The notes: generated from the letters alone by a model not told the origin. A stretch of DNA of 64,000 bases from an uncultured Fidelibacterota bacterium (GCA_937888365.1 CALBFA010000101.1:54035-118034), one strand, 5' to 3'; shown: positions 1 to 9,799, counted from the stretch's first letter. Made by a program: numbers and translations.

Positions 1-419
1 TAAGAACAGACGAAAAAAATAAATTCGCTAAAACTTATGCTGACAGCATTCTTCAAACATTGACTCCTGTGGTCGATTTTGCACGTATTACATGTGATAG
101 ATCGGGTTATGGACAAAACCACGCTGAAAAAGTAAAACCTTCAGGCTATATAACAGGTCTTGGGCGATATGAAAATATTTCTGGTTTTCTATCATCTGCA
201 AAAGAAGGACAACTTTCTCCGGTTTTAGAGACGCCTCGCGGATCCGTTATTATAAGGCTCAATACCCGTAAAGAAATTGTTGAGACTGCTTACAAAGCTG
301 CATATGCGAACACAAAAGCATCGCTTATCACTAAAGCTCAAGAAACGGCTTGGAATACATATTTAAGCAATTTAAAAGAAAAATCTAAGATTATAGATAA
401 TCGGGTCAAATTTCTTTAG
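1..419 (+). CDS. Parvulin (PpiC)-type peptidyl-prolyl cis-trans isomerase domain protein (SurA/PpiD/PrsA-like). 3' end only; the 5' end lies upstream of the window.
   Basis: The frame is open from position 3. The rotamase-domain C-terminal signature G-Q-L-S-P-V-x-T-x-x-G-x-x-I-I is present. A rho-independent terminator follows. Confidence 0.55.
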   Translation, partial: RTDEKNKFAKTYADSILQTLTPVVDFARITCDRSGYGQNHAEKVKPSGYITGLGRYENISGFLSSAKEGQLSPVLETPRGSVIIRLNTRKEIVETAYKAAYANTKASLITKAQETAWNTYLSNLKEKSKIIDNRVKFL

Positions 420-443
420 GATATTGAATATTTATTTTTCTAA

Positions 444-471
444 GGGGCTGTTTTTCAGCCCCTTTTTTTTT
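444..471 (+). terminator. Rho-independent terminator
   Basis: Hairpin GGGGCTG/CAGCCCC (444-450 and 456-462) followed by a T9 run. Confidence 0.8.
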
Positions 472-621
472 AAACTGTCACGATGTTATGCAAACGGAGG
501 TGTAGTGAGTTTTATTTTTAAAACAAGTTTTTTCCCACACAAGTATACACTACTCATCTTCTTAACCTTACAGGTTTCATACATTTTTTCTTTATCAAAC
601 AATTTAAAAAGAGGTTATTAA

Positions 622-1452
622 ATGGATATTGCAACCTTAATCGGTCTTATTGTTGGCGTTGTTTTAGTTGCTTATGGGATGGCTGACCCTTCTACTATGA
701 TGCCCTCAAGCATGTTTTTTAATCCACAGGCATTTGCCATTGTTTTAGGAGGTACACTTGCCGCTACTTTAGTTAACTATCCTATCAAACGGATATTCGG
801 TTTATTTAAAGTCACTGCAAAAGTATTCTTACATCGTCAAAACGATGACCCTCTTTTACTTATTCAAGAGATGTCTGGTTATGCTCAAATTGCTCGTAAA
901 CAGGGCGTCGCTGCACTTGAAGGGAGCATTAGCAGAATTCAAAATGGATATCTGCAACGAGGGCTTGAAAATGCTATTCTTACAAGAGATCCTGCAAAAT
1001 TGCTTGATTTTTTAGACAATGAATTGGATTCCATGATAGAAAGACATCAAAGCGGACAAGAAATATTTTATAATATGGGCAGCTATGCTCCGGCCTTTGG
1101 TCTCCTTGGCACTGTTATGGGCTTGATTTTGATGATGGGAGGCCAATCTGATAATGGGACGGGTATGGCGAGTTTTGCGTCAGATAGTGAGGGAAGTATG
1201 AACATGCTTTTGACAGGAATGGGACGCGCCCTTGTAACTACTTTTTATGGTGTCCTTTTTTCGAACCTATTTTTTATTCCAATTGCTGGAAAATTAAAAA
1301 CTCGAACCGAAGATGAAGTCGCTCTCAACCGCATCATAAGAGCCGGTGTGTTGAGTATTCATGAAAGAGATCACCATTTAGTCTTAGAAGAAAAACTTTT
1401 AACTTTTGTTGATAAACAAACGAGAGAAATGCACCGTATTAACGGTTTATGA
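622..1452 (+). CDS. motA: MotA/PomA-type stator A subunit (MotA/TolQ/ExbB proton-channel family)
   Basis: 276 aa with four predicted TM helices and a long cytoplasmic loop between TM2 and TM3. Conserved prolines sit in TM3 (AP-AFGLLGTV) and TM4 (FIPIAG). Its stop overlaps the next start as ATGA. Confidence 0.7.
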   Translation: MDIATLIGLIVGVVLVAYGMADPSTMMPSSMFFNPQAFAIVLGGTLAATLVNYPIKRIFGLFKVTAKVFLHRQNDDPLLLIQEMSGYAQIARKQGVAALEGSISRIQNGYLQRGLENAILTRDPAKLLDFLDNELDSMIERHQSGQEIFYNMGSYAPAFGLLGTVMGLILMMGGQSDNGTGMASFASDSEGSMNMLLTGMGRALVTTFYGVLFSNLFFIPIAGKLKTRTEDEVALNRIIRAGVLSIHERDHHLVLEEKLLTFVDKQTREMHRINGL

Positions 1453-2120
1453 AAACTGGCCACTCTACAACTTGGATGGTGACTTACGGCTCTTTGCTGA
1501 CAGCCGTTTTAGCTTTTTTCTTGCTACTCGTGCAAAAGGCTGAAAGTGAAGCCGAATCGACGTTTCGTTTAGCTGACAAATTGAAGAGTCAATATTATGT
1601 GGATTTACTCGCCGAAAAAGAACGATTAAATCTGAGTTGGCTGCATATTGAAAACGCGGGGCAGCGCGGTATAAAAATACTTATACCTTCACAAATTGAT
1701 AATCAATCTCTTTTTAAATCAGGAGGCGATCGTATTGAGCCTAAATTTATTCCATTTCTAAGCAATATTTCACGTTTAATCAATGGATTAAATTTAGACA
1801 AAGTTTATGAGATCAATCAAAAGCATATTGCAAAGCTTCGAAAAGTGGACAAAGATCTAAAAGTGAAAATTCGAGTCGAAGGTCATACGGATGCAACGAG
1901 ACTCATGGAAGGATCTGAGTATGAAGACAATTGGGCACTCAGTACAGCACGAGCAAGAAATGTTTTAAATTTGATTCAATCTGATTTGAGCCTGCCATCA
2001 AACTTTTTTAGTCTTTCAGGATATGGTCCATTTCATCCTTTGCGAGATGTATCCAATTTTGATGAAAACCGTCGCGTAGAGATTTATCTCGATGTACAAA
2101 TTGTGGATTATAATTTATGA
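1449..2120 (+). CDS. MotB-like OmpA-domain protein, paralog 1. Lacks the conserved TM aspartate.
   Basis: A single N-terminal TM, WMVTYGSLLTAVLAFFLLL, aligns to the MotB YADFMT segment with Ser in place of the proton-binding Asp. The C-terminal OmpA-like peptidoglycan-binding motif NWALSTARARNV is present. ATGA overlaps couple it to both neighbours. Confidence 0.6.
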   Translation: MKTGHSTTWMVTYGSLLTAVLAFFLLLVQKAESEAESTFRLADKLKSQYYVDLLAEKERLNLSWLHIENAGQRGIKILIPSQIDNQSLFKSGGDRIEPKFIPFLSNISRLINGLNLDKVYEINQKHIAKLRKVDKDLKVKIRVEGHTDATRLMEGSEYEDNWALSTARARNVLNLIQSDLSLPSNFFSLSGYGPFHPLRDVSNFDENRRVEIYLDVQIVDYNL

Positions 2121-2815
2121 ATATGGACAAAAAAAGAGCGCTCTCGGAATTAAGCGTAAAAACGCGATCCATTTGGTTACTTTCATATGGCGATCTCATT
2201 ACCCTTCTTATTACATTTTTTATTATGATGATTTCTTTGAGAGCCGGGCAAATATCTCGCATCCATAAATGGGTTGAGGGTCGAATTGACGAAGCAATGT
2301 CTGAACTTCAAAATGTTGCGAATGAATTGAATTTAAATGAAATCAATATTTCACGAAATTCGAAAGGAATTCGAATTGCTTTAAATGATCCGCGATTGTT
2401 TGAAACAGGTAGTGCTGAACCTCGGACAAATCTTATTTATCAACTTGATGCCCTATCGTCAGGCATTAAATCACTGGAAATATTCCATTTAGAGAAAAGT
2501 AAATACGCCTCACTGATTAACAATCTAAATGCTGATGGCTATGCATGGAACGTTGAAATACGTATTGAGGGTCATACGGACAATATTCCTCTCACAAATA
2601 GTCAAACATATAAAGACAATTGGGAGTTAAGCGCGGCACGTGCTCAAACCGTTATGCGACTTCTTCAAGAAAGTACAAAATTACCCGAACGACAATTTGC
2701 CGTCGCTGGTTTCGGCGAATTTCAGCCGATTGACGTCAATAACACTGGGAAAGGTCGCGAAAATAATCGGCGCGTTGAAGTATATATTTCTGCTTCAATT
2801 ATCGAAGCTCAATAG
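2117..2815 (+). CDS. motB: MotB/OmpA-family stator B subunit, paralog 2. Has the conserved TM Asp.
   Basis: TM segment WLLSYGDLITLLITFF carries Asp at the MotB D32-equivalent position. The OmpA-like motif NWELSAARAQTV is present. Confidence 0.65.
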   Translation: MNMDKKRALSELSVKTRSIWLLSYGDLITLLITFFIMMISLRAGQISRIHKWVEGRIDEAMSELQNVANELNLNEINISRNSKGIRIALNDPRLFETGSAEPRTNLIYQLDALSSGIKSLEIFHLEKSKYASLINNLNADGYAWNVEIRIEGHTDNIPLTNSQTYKDNWELSAARAQTVMRLLQESTKLPERQFAVAGFGEFQPIDVNNTGKGRENNRRVEVYISASIIEAQ

Positions 2816-2854
2816 TGTTATGGAACTTTAATCACCAAAATATTCAATCAATTC

Positions 2855-3571
2855 TTAAAAATTTCCACCCACATTACGTAACAAAATCTCCTCTTGTACT
2901 GCATGATTTTCGCTTGTTAAGGCAGAAACAATGGCATGTACAACATCTTCAGGTTTAAGCATTTTACTAAACGGTAAATTTTTGCTTCCTTCAATTTTTT
3001 CCCACCAACTCGATGCAACGGCTCCTGGATGTATACCAATAACTCTTATACTATATTTTCTTAGCTCTTCTCGCATTACTTGCGTAAGACCATGCAATCC
3101 AAACTTAGAGGCGCAATAGGCCGAGGCATTTTTAAAAGGCTGTAATCCAGCCACAGAATTGATATTTATAATTGTTCCTGATTTTTTCTTTTTTAAGAAT
3201 GGAATAATTTCTTGGCTCATTAAAAATGGGCCTGTCAAATTTGTATCTATCATACGATTCCAATCTTCAAAAGTCGTATCCTCGGTATAGGCAAAATGAG
3301 CTACGCCAGCGGCATTGATTAATATTTCAGGCTGTCTATCAACCGTAAACTCTTTTGAAAAAAAGTGTTGCACGTCCTTTTTCTTTCGCACATCCAGTGG
3401 GTAGATATTTATATCCCATGGCAATTCTTTTTTTAAAATATTCAATTTTTCTTTATTCCGAGCAACCGCCCAAATTTCGCCCCCTAATCGACCTAATTCT
3501 TGGCATAACATCTTCCCTATTCCTTCGCTCGCTCCTGTGATGATAATTCTTTTTTTTTGTAGGGTGTTCAT
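2855..3571 (-). CDS. Short-chain dehydrogenase/reductase (SDR) family oxidoreductase
   Basis: TGASEGIG glycine-rich NAD(P)-binding motif, and the YxxxK catalytic motif in YCASKFG. Confidence 0.8.
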   Translation of the reverse strand: MNTLQKKRIIITGASEGIGKMLCQELGRLGGEIWAVARNKEKLNILKKELPWDINIYPLDVRKKKDVQHFFSKEFTVDRQPEILINAAGVAHFAYTEDTTFEDWNRMIDTNLTGPFLMSQEIIPFLKKKKSGTIININSVAGLQPFKNASAYCASKFGLHGLTQVMREELRKYSIRVIGIHPGAVASSWWEKIEGSKNLPFSKMLKPEDVVHAIVSALTSENHAVQEEILLRNVGGNF

Positions 3572-3707
3572 GCATAATTCCTTTGTTAGTTTTCAATCTC
3601 TTTTGCTTAGTCCAATATAGTTTCAAAGAATTTGAACGGTAGTACAAATATTCTTGTAGTCTCTTTCCTTTTGTTTAGAATCAATCCACCAAAATAAAAA
3701 GTTTATT

Positions 3708-6700
3708 TTGGAACTTTTTTTGATGAAAGGTCATTTTAGAATAGTGAAAATACTTAATATATTCTTCTTCCTTGTAACAATCGGATTTGCGACGGAAATT
3801 CATAATATTTTTGAAAATTCTCATTCCTTTAATTTTTCAATTGATATTCCTGAACCCAGCAAATCTTATCTTGACATAAATACAAATAACGAAATTGTCC
3901 CACATTGGTCAGATGTAAGTTGGGCTGTTTTCAATGATAATCACATATTGCCGTATTTTACAATTCCTATTGTTCTGCCTTCTATTAACGCAGATATTGA
4001 TATTCAATTTGTAATAAAATCAATGGACGATTTTCAATTTCAGGAACCGCACATTTTAGATATCCATAAAGAAAGTTTAGAGCATATTGATCTGAGTTCT
4101 CAAATACAAGTACAAATGGGAAATCGAGGCTACGCGAATAATATTCCCATTGGAACGATTGTAATTATCCCAACAGTGGAGAATAGACAAGCCATACAAT
4201 CTCTCGACATCACAATTGATTTCAAGGGTGTAATGAAAGGCAATAATCAATTATCTTTGCCACCATTCATCAATTCGAACCAAGCGAAAAATTGGGATAT
4301 TGAGACGTTTCATTTTATGTCATCCCTTCACAAAACGACAGATATTCCTGGAAGATGGTTTCGATTTAATGTGACAAATGGCGGCATTTTTAAAATTACG
4401 CCGAATTCATTTCCTTCAGGTACCAATCTGACGGACCCTGGCAGTTGGGAATTATATACACCCTCTTTCCAAGGAAGAGAGATGCCTCTGATTCTCCTCG
4501 ACGATTCTGCTGAACCCGATAATTTGAGCCAAATGAGCATGGATGGCCTCGGTGTAAGTGATGGTGTTTTTTCAGGAAATGACTATTTCCGATTCTATGC
4601 TCGGGGCATCAATGGAGAGATCGAAAATAATTTTCAGACACATTCTTATGCAAACTCTATGACCTACTGGCTCTTTTTACCCGATGACGAAACAACTATT
4701 GGGAATCGCATTCAAAGTATTCAATCTTTAAATATTGTTGCCGACGAAACAATTTCCACAATGACATCAGCGTATTATCATGAGAATGAAATTAATAATA
4801 TCCTGCACTCCGGAAAATCTTGGGTAGGTGAACAATTTAACGGTCCATCAGACAATTTATATTTCTATTTAGATTTACCCGTTGTTACGTCCTCAGGGAC
4901 TTGCACCATTAGCGCAAAATTAAATGGTACACTTGATTATACGACGAGTTATGTACACTATTTTGATGTCATTGTTAACAACATTGACCTTCACGCATCT
5001 CAAAATACACGAAGCAATACGGCGAATATCATGTTGTCTTCAACTGGTAATTTATTTCAAAAGGGTGGTAATACGCTTCAGTTTAAATATCAGTCATCAA
5101 GTTCGGCCGCTGCATATTTAGATTGGTTTAAAATAACTTATCCACGTGAAATCGAGTCCAGTAACGAACCTATATATGGATGGCTCACACTGAATGCTAA
5201 TTCAACTCAACTATCTGCCTTAGCATTATCATCAAACTGGCATTTTTGGGATTTTAATAATTATCTAGATCCTGAAGCACTTGTCTTTACAGGCAATAAT
5301 TTTAAGACTCAAAAACAAGGTAACGTACATTTATTGGGTTTTGCTGATGGGATGGAAGATGCTATTAGTCTCGAACTAGTTGATATCGACTTTAATAGAC
5401 TTCGAAATCCAAGTAATGAAGGCCAATATGTCATTATTTCTCCCGAAACGTTTATAAGTCAAGCAGAACGGCTAGCTGACATCCATGAAAATAAAGTTCG
5501 TTTGGATGAACAACTCAAGTGTTATACAGCCTCAATTTCAGATATCTATAATGAATTTTCTGGAGGCGTTGATGATCCAGGTGCAATTAAATATTTTCTG
5601 AGTTATGCTTTAAGAAACTGGGCAATTAAGCCTGAATACGTTGTTTTACTTGGTGATGCCGATTTTGATTACCGAAATTTGACGGGGCTTTCGCAGTTGC
5701 GAATTCCTACCATTCAAGTTGATGGATTAACTGAAATAAACAGTTATTCATCCGATGATTTTTTTACTCATTTGATTGGAAATGATGTTTTACCCGATAT
5801 TGCCTTAGGAAGAATTCCCGCTAAAAACGCAAGTAAACTTAATGTTTTTCTCGATAAACTAGAGCAATATTGTGTCAATAGCCCCGAGGGTTTGTGGCGC
5901 AATACTATCACCTTAGTTGCAGACGATCCCCTTAGACCAAGAGAGTATTTTGAAAGTTATCACATCGACGATACTGAAGATTTGGCTGATCAATTGCCCA
6001 AATCATTGCAAGTCAATAAAGTTTATTTGACAGAATATCCCGAGGTTCAAGACCCTACCTCACCGTATGTTCTGAAACCAGCCGCTAGAGATGCTTTGCT
6101 CCAACGTATTTATAATGGAACCGCCATCGTTAATTATATGGGACACGGTTCTCCTTGGGTTTGGGCACAGGAAGAAGTCTTTACAGAAAGTGATTTGTCA
6201 AACCTAAGGACTCATGGACAATGGCCACTTTTTTGTGCAGGAACATGTGATTGGGGTAAATATGATGACGTTGCTAGCCAGTCCATGGCTGAACACTTAT
6301 TACTGCTTGAAAATGAAGGTGGCATTGGTGTCATTGCATCAACTCGAAAATCTTTCGGTGGTTCAAACGCAGCATTATTCTCTAAATTCTACACATATTT
6401 ATTCCCCAATAATAATTCCTCTTATTCTATCCCAATTGGAAAAGCCATGCAATTAACAAAAATTGCCAGAAGCAGCGGCGGAGCGAGTCCTAATGATCTA
6501 AAATATGTCATTCTATCGGATCCAGCTCTTCGAATCCCGACGCCAAAATATTCGAGTGACTTCACTCAAATTAACCCCTTGAAACCGTCAGCAATGGAAA
6601 CATTTTCTTATGAGGGACAAGCTCCTAGCGATTTAATGAATGACGGATTTGCTTTGGTAACGGCATTTGATTCTCCAAGGCGCGTTACGCGACATATTGA

Positions 6701-7592
6701 ATGGCAAACCGCGACAGGGTCTTTTGAAAACAATATTTCCTACTATTTACCTGGTAGAAGAATTTTTAGAGGTTCAATCTCTTATACTAATTCGATTTTT
6801 TCAGGACAATTTATTATTCCAAAAGACATCAATTATTCGGGGAATAAAGGTAAAATTAATGTGCAATTTTGGGACGCCGATAAGGCGTCTGGTATTGCAA
6901 CTATTGACACTCTGGAATTTCAAGGAGGCGATAGCACAACACTCAACCAACAAGGTCCTGAAATAATTTTCGTGCAAGGAGATTTGCCTTTAATGCAAGG
7001 TGATGAATTATCTGCAAATGAAGAGTTTTTTATCGAATTAACGGATGAGCAAGGCATCAATTTAACAGGTGCTGCCGGACATGGAATCATCCTTTCGATT
7101 GATGATAATCTTAGCAATTCAACGGATATTACAGAACTTTTTCAATATAATCTTGATGATTCAAAATCAGGAAAAATAAGTCTAATCTTACCTGATATTG
7201 AACCAGGCCGACACAAATTGAGCCTTGAGGCTTGGGATAATCATAATAATCCATCAAATGAAAATATTGAGCTTAATTTTTTCGCTTCAGATAAATTTGT
7301 AGTTTTTGACGTTTATAACTTCCCGAACCCTATGTCTGATGACACTCAATTCACTTTTCGACTTAGTCACTCGTCGGATGTCTTTATTCATATTTTTTCA
7401 CTTTCAGGTCGAAAAATTACTACTCTCGAAGCCGGATATCTCAGTACTGGGTTCCATACAACATATTGGAATGGAGAAGATGATTACGCAAATAAGCTGG
7501 CAAACGGTGTTTATTTATATCAAGTACACGCAGAGTCTGATGCCTTCGAAGAACCCTCGGATGTCATTCAGAAACTCGTGATGAGTCGATAA
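3708..7592 (+). CDS. Peptidase C25 family (gingipain/PorU-like) protein with a T9SS C-terminal sorting domain
   Basis: 1294 aa with an N-terminal signal peptide. The central region has the C25 hallmarks: YVVLLGDADFDYRN, a catalytic His context NYMGHGSPWVW, and a Cys context LFCAGTCDWGKYDD. The C-terminal ~80 aa, FDVYNFPNPMSDD...GVYLYQVHA, is a type A T9SS C-terminal domain. The true start may be the internal Met at 3723. Confidence 0.6.
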   Translation: MELFLMKGHFRIVKILNIFFFLVTIGFATEIHNIFENSHSFNFSIDIPEPSKSYLDINTNNEIVPHWSDVSWAVFNDNHILPYFTIPIVLPSINADIDIQFVIKSMDDFQFQEPHILDIHKESLEHIDLSSQIQVQMGNRGYANNIPIGTIVIIPTVENRQAIQSLDITIDFKGVMKGNNQLSLPPFINSNQAKNWDIETFHFMSSLHKTTDIPGRWFRFNVTNGGIFKITPNSFPSGTNLTDPGSWELYTPSFQGREMPLILLDDSAEPDNLSQMSMDGLGVSDGVFSGNDYFRFYARGINGEIENNFQTHSYANSMTYWLFLPDDETTIGNRIQSIQSLNIVADETISTMTSAYYHENEINNILHSGKSWVGEQFNGPSDNLYFYLDLPVVTSSGTCTISAKLNGTLDYTTSYVHYFDVIVNNIDLHASQNTRSNTANIMLSSTGNLFQKGGNTLQFKYQSSSSAAAYLDWFKITYPREIESSNEPIYGWLTLNANSTQLSALALSSNWHFWDFNNYLDPEALVFTGNNFKTQKQGNVHLLGFADGMEDAISLELVDIDFNRLRNPSNEGQYVIISPETFISQAERLADIHENKVRLDEQLKCYTASISDIYNEFSGGVDDPGAIKYFLSYALRNWAIKPEYVVLLGDADFDYRNLTGLSQLRIPTIQVDGLTEINSYSSDDFFTHLIGNDVLPDIALGRIPAKNASKLNVFLDKLEQYCVNSPEGLWRNTITLVADDPLRPREYFESYHIDDTEDLADQLPKSLQVNKVYLTEYPEVQDPTSPYVLKPAARDALLQRIYNGTAIVNYMGHGSPWVWAQEEVFTESDLSNLRTHGQWPLFCAGTCDWGKYDDVASQSMAEHLLLLENEGGIGVIASTRKSFGGSNAALFSKFYTYLFPNNNSSYSIPIGKAMQLTKIARSSGGASPNDLKYVILSDPALRIPTPKYSSDFTQINPLKPSAMETFSYEGQAPSDLMNDGFALVTAFDSPRRVTRHIEWQTATGSFENNISYYLPGRRIFRGSISYTNSIFSGQFIIPKDINYSGNKGKINVQFWDADKASGIATIDTLEFQGGDSTTLNQQGPEIIFVQGDLPLMQGDELSANEEFFIELTDEQGINLTGAAGHGIILSIDDNLSNSTDITELFQYNLDDSKSGKISLILPDIEPGRHKLSLEAWDNHNNPSNENIELNFFASDKFVVFDVYNFPNPMSDDTQFTFRLSHSSDVFIHIFSLSGRKITTLEAGYLSTGFHTTYWNGEDDYANKLANGVYLYQVHAESDAFEEPSDVIQKLVMSR

Positions 7593-7596
7593 TTCA

Positions 7597-8178
7597 ATGG
7601 AATTGAAATTCCCTGTAATTCTAGCCAGTCAGTCTCCACGACGCGCAGATATTCTTAAAAAATCGGGCTTTAATTTTAAAATTATACCCACCAATATTAC
7701 AGAGCATCCTTATTCCGACGGCTCCATTAATGACTATGTTCAAAATCTAGCTATAGAAAAAGCTCAAATTGTTGCGTCAAATTATCCGAATCATCTCATA
7801 ATTGGAGCCGATACAATTGTTATGATTAATGGCCAAATACTCGGTAAACCATGTGATGAGGATGAAGGTCAAAAGATGCTCCAAACACTAAGCGGTAAAT
7901 GGCATAAAGTCAAAACAGCATTTTCGTTGGTACATGTCGATAGTAATTTCAAACAATCATATATTGAAGAGACCCTCGTACATTTCAGAGAAATAAGTGT
8001 TGATGAAATTCAATCTTACATTAAATCAGGCTCTTATAAAGATAAAGCGGGAGCTTATGGTATTCAAGACACTTCAGCCAGCTTCGTTGATAGTATTGAA
8101 GGGTGTTTTTACAATGTTGTTGGATTTCCCATTTCACGGTTTATTAAAATATTGAAATTATCTCCATTCTACAATTAG
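7597..8178 (+). CDS. maf: Maf-like nucleoside triphosphate pyrophosphatase (septum formation protein Maf)
   Basis: ILASQSPRRADIL, GADTIV and KAGAYGIQD motifs. Lies 4 nt downstream of the C25 gene. Confidence 0.85.
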   Translation: MELKFPVILASQSPRRADILKKSGFNFKIIPTNITEHPYSDGSINDYVQNLAIEKAQIVASNYPNHLIIGADTIVMINGQILGKPCDEDEGQKMLQTLSGKWHKVKTAFSLVHVDSNFKQSYIEETLVHFREISVDEIQSYIKSGSYKDKAGAYGIQDTSASFVDSIEGCFYNVVGFPISRFIKILKLSPFYN

Positions 8179-8238
8179 GTTAACTTGATTTCTGTATAAG
8201 AATGAATATTATATCAGGCTGAAACAAGAGGAGCTTCC

Positions 8239-9024
8239 GTGGCTGTTTACGAAGAACTAAAAAAATATCGAATAGAACAAAAAATATCGCTAGAATTCAT
8301 CGCTGAAAAAACAAAAATTGCTTTAGATATATTACAATCACTGGATGCAGGTCATTACGACGTTTTGCCGCTTCCTTATGCGAGACTGTTTCTTTTGTCT
8401 TATGCAAAAGTCATAGGCTACCCTCGTGAAGATATTATGAGACAATTGGAAGTTGAGCTGGCATCACCGCGGAAAAATACAGATATAAAAGTGGTTTCGC
8501 CTGATTCTGAGGTTGAGGATTTTGGACATCATCAATCAAATATAAATAATGCACTTTTTGACAATGATTCTCTATCCAACTCGAACTTAATTAAAGTTTT
8601 CGCGGCTGTTTTTATCATTATCCTTTTTATCGTGATTGGGAAGAATATTATTTTACCCTCTAATTCGGATAGCAATTTAAAGGAAGATTCCCAAATTTTA
8701 ATGGACATAAATGAGCAAGTTACTTTAGATTCCCTGTCTTTTACTTTTCATGATTCTTTAGTTATAAATATTTTGAGTATGGCTAAATTACATATTATTT
8801 ATGAAAACGATCAAAAACAAAAAGATACTTTAAGGCTAAAAGTTGAAGATCATAAAACCTTTTTAATCAATGATCTAAATTACGCCATTTTATGGCCATC
8901 CAATTCAGCCTTTGTTTCAATCGGAAATGATACGCTTCCAAATCAATTTAAAAATTCGGGAGAAGGTATCTCCATTAGAAAGATTCAAAATCGATTGGTT
9001 TTAGCGAGTCACCCTAGCTACTAA
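8239..9024 (+). CDS. RodZ-like protein: N-terminal helix-turn-helix domain, one TM segment, C-terminal DUF4115-like region
   Basis: GTG start with an AGGAG Shine-Dalgarno site 7 nt upstream. N-terminal XRE-type HTH (KISLEFIAEKTKIALDILQSLD). TM helix VFAAVFIIILFIVIG. Confidence 0.5.
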   Translation: MAVYEELKKYRIEQKISLEFIAEKTKIALDILQSLDAGHYDVLPLPYARLFLLSYAKVIGYPREDIMRQLEVELASPRKNTDIKVVSPDSEVEDFGHHQSNINNALFDNDSLSNSNLIKVFAAVFIIILFIVIGKNIILPSNSDSNLKEDSQILMDINEQVTLDSLSFTFHDSLVINILSMAKLHIIYENDQKQKDTLRLKVEDHKTFLINDLNYAILWPSNSAFVSIGNDTLPNQFKNSGEGISIRKIQNRLVLASHPSY

Positions 9025-9051
9025 AAACGAGGTAAATACTAATTTATAAAG

Positions 9052-9074
9052 ACTCGCTCCAGCGAGTTTTTTTA
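9052..9074 (+). terminator. Rho-independent terminator
   Basis: Hairpin ACTCGC-TCCA-GCGAGT followed by a T7 run. Confidence 0.6.
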
Positions 9075-9241
9075 CCTCTTTCCCCCACTCGTTTATTTTC
9101 GTAAAATCTTATCTTATGATAATTGCATATGTTGTTATTATTACGATACTTATAATATTCTACATCACCTAGCATCACTAGAATTTTACTTATCCATCTG
9201 AGTTATTATTCAGAATATTTTTAAATATTTACACATAATAC

Positions 9242-9285
9242 TTGCATGAGTGGGGGTTTTACCCTATAATATCCCTAATAGTGGG
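9242..9285 (+). promoter_or_regulatory. Sigma70-like promoter (TTGCAT-17-TATAAT) for the division and cell wall operon, overlapped by GTGGG repeats that are candidate MraZ operator sites
   Basis: TTGCAT at 9242-9247, 17-bp spacer, TATAAT at 9265-9270. GTGGG at 9250-9254 and 9281-9285, plus inverted copies CCCAC at 9293-9297 and 9084-9088, upstream of the mraZ start at 9323. Confidence 0.45.
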
Positions 9286-9322
9286 TAATTTTCCCACTTA
9301 ATAGCAGCAGAAATAGAGAGAC

Positions 9323-9799
9323 ATGGGAATAACAAGTTTTATAGGCGAATTCGAATACAGTGTTGACACTAAAGGTCGTGTCAATATTCCCGCTAAATTC
9401 AGAAAAGCCCTTCCTGAATCTAGCGAAGATACATTCGTTGTGACAAGAGGTTCAACTCAAAACATTGTCGCCTATTCACTTACAGAATGGATGAAAAAGG
9501 AAGATGAGTATATTGCCCTATCTACTCTAAATCCGACTCATCGCAATTTTATCCGAATCCAAACACGACACGCAACAACATGTAAATGCGATTCGCAAGG
9601 AAGAATAGCGATTCCCCAACGTCTACTCAGTTTTGCCAATATTGATCATAATGTTCTTATTATCGGAATGCTATCAGAGATTGAAATCTGGGATCCGAAT
9701 ACTTTTAAGACTTTTGAACAATCGGACTTTCAATTATCCAAGGATGATTATTTACAAGTGGCAAATTACATGAGTGAACATGGAAAAAAGCAAAACTGA
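9323..9799 (+). CDS. mraZ: Transcriptional regulator MraZ
   Basis: N-terminus MGITSFIGEFEYSVDTKGRVNIPAKFR and a duplicated MraZ domain. First gene of the cluster. Confidence 0.9.
   Translation: MGITSFIGEFEYSVDTKGRVNIPAKFRKALPESSEDTFVVTRGSTQNIVAYSLTEWMKKEDEYIALSTLNPTHRNFIRIQTRHATTCKCDSQGRIAIPQRLLSFANIDHNVLIIGMLSEIEIWDPNTFKTFEQSDFQLSKDDYLQVANYMSEHGKKQN

Noticed and set aside
424-621. 65-aa ORF directly after the PPIase gene
   Set aside because: It overlaps the rho-independent terminator and the AT-rich promoter region of motA. Its composition is low-complexity Phe/Leu-rich with no Shine-Dalgarno site. Likely spurious.
622-2815. Zorya-type (ZorAB) anti-phage system
   Set aside because: ZorA is a ~700-aa MotA homolog with a long cytoplasmic tail, and the ZorC/ZorD partner genes follow it. 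Here MotA is 276 aa with standard stator topology and no partner genes.
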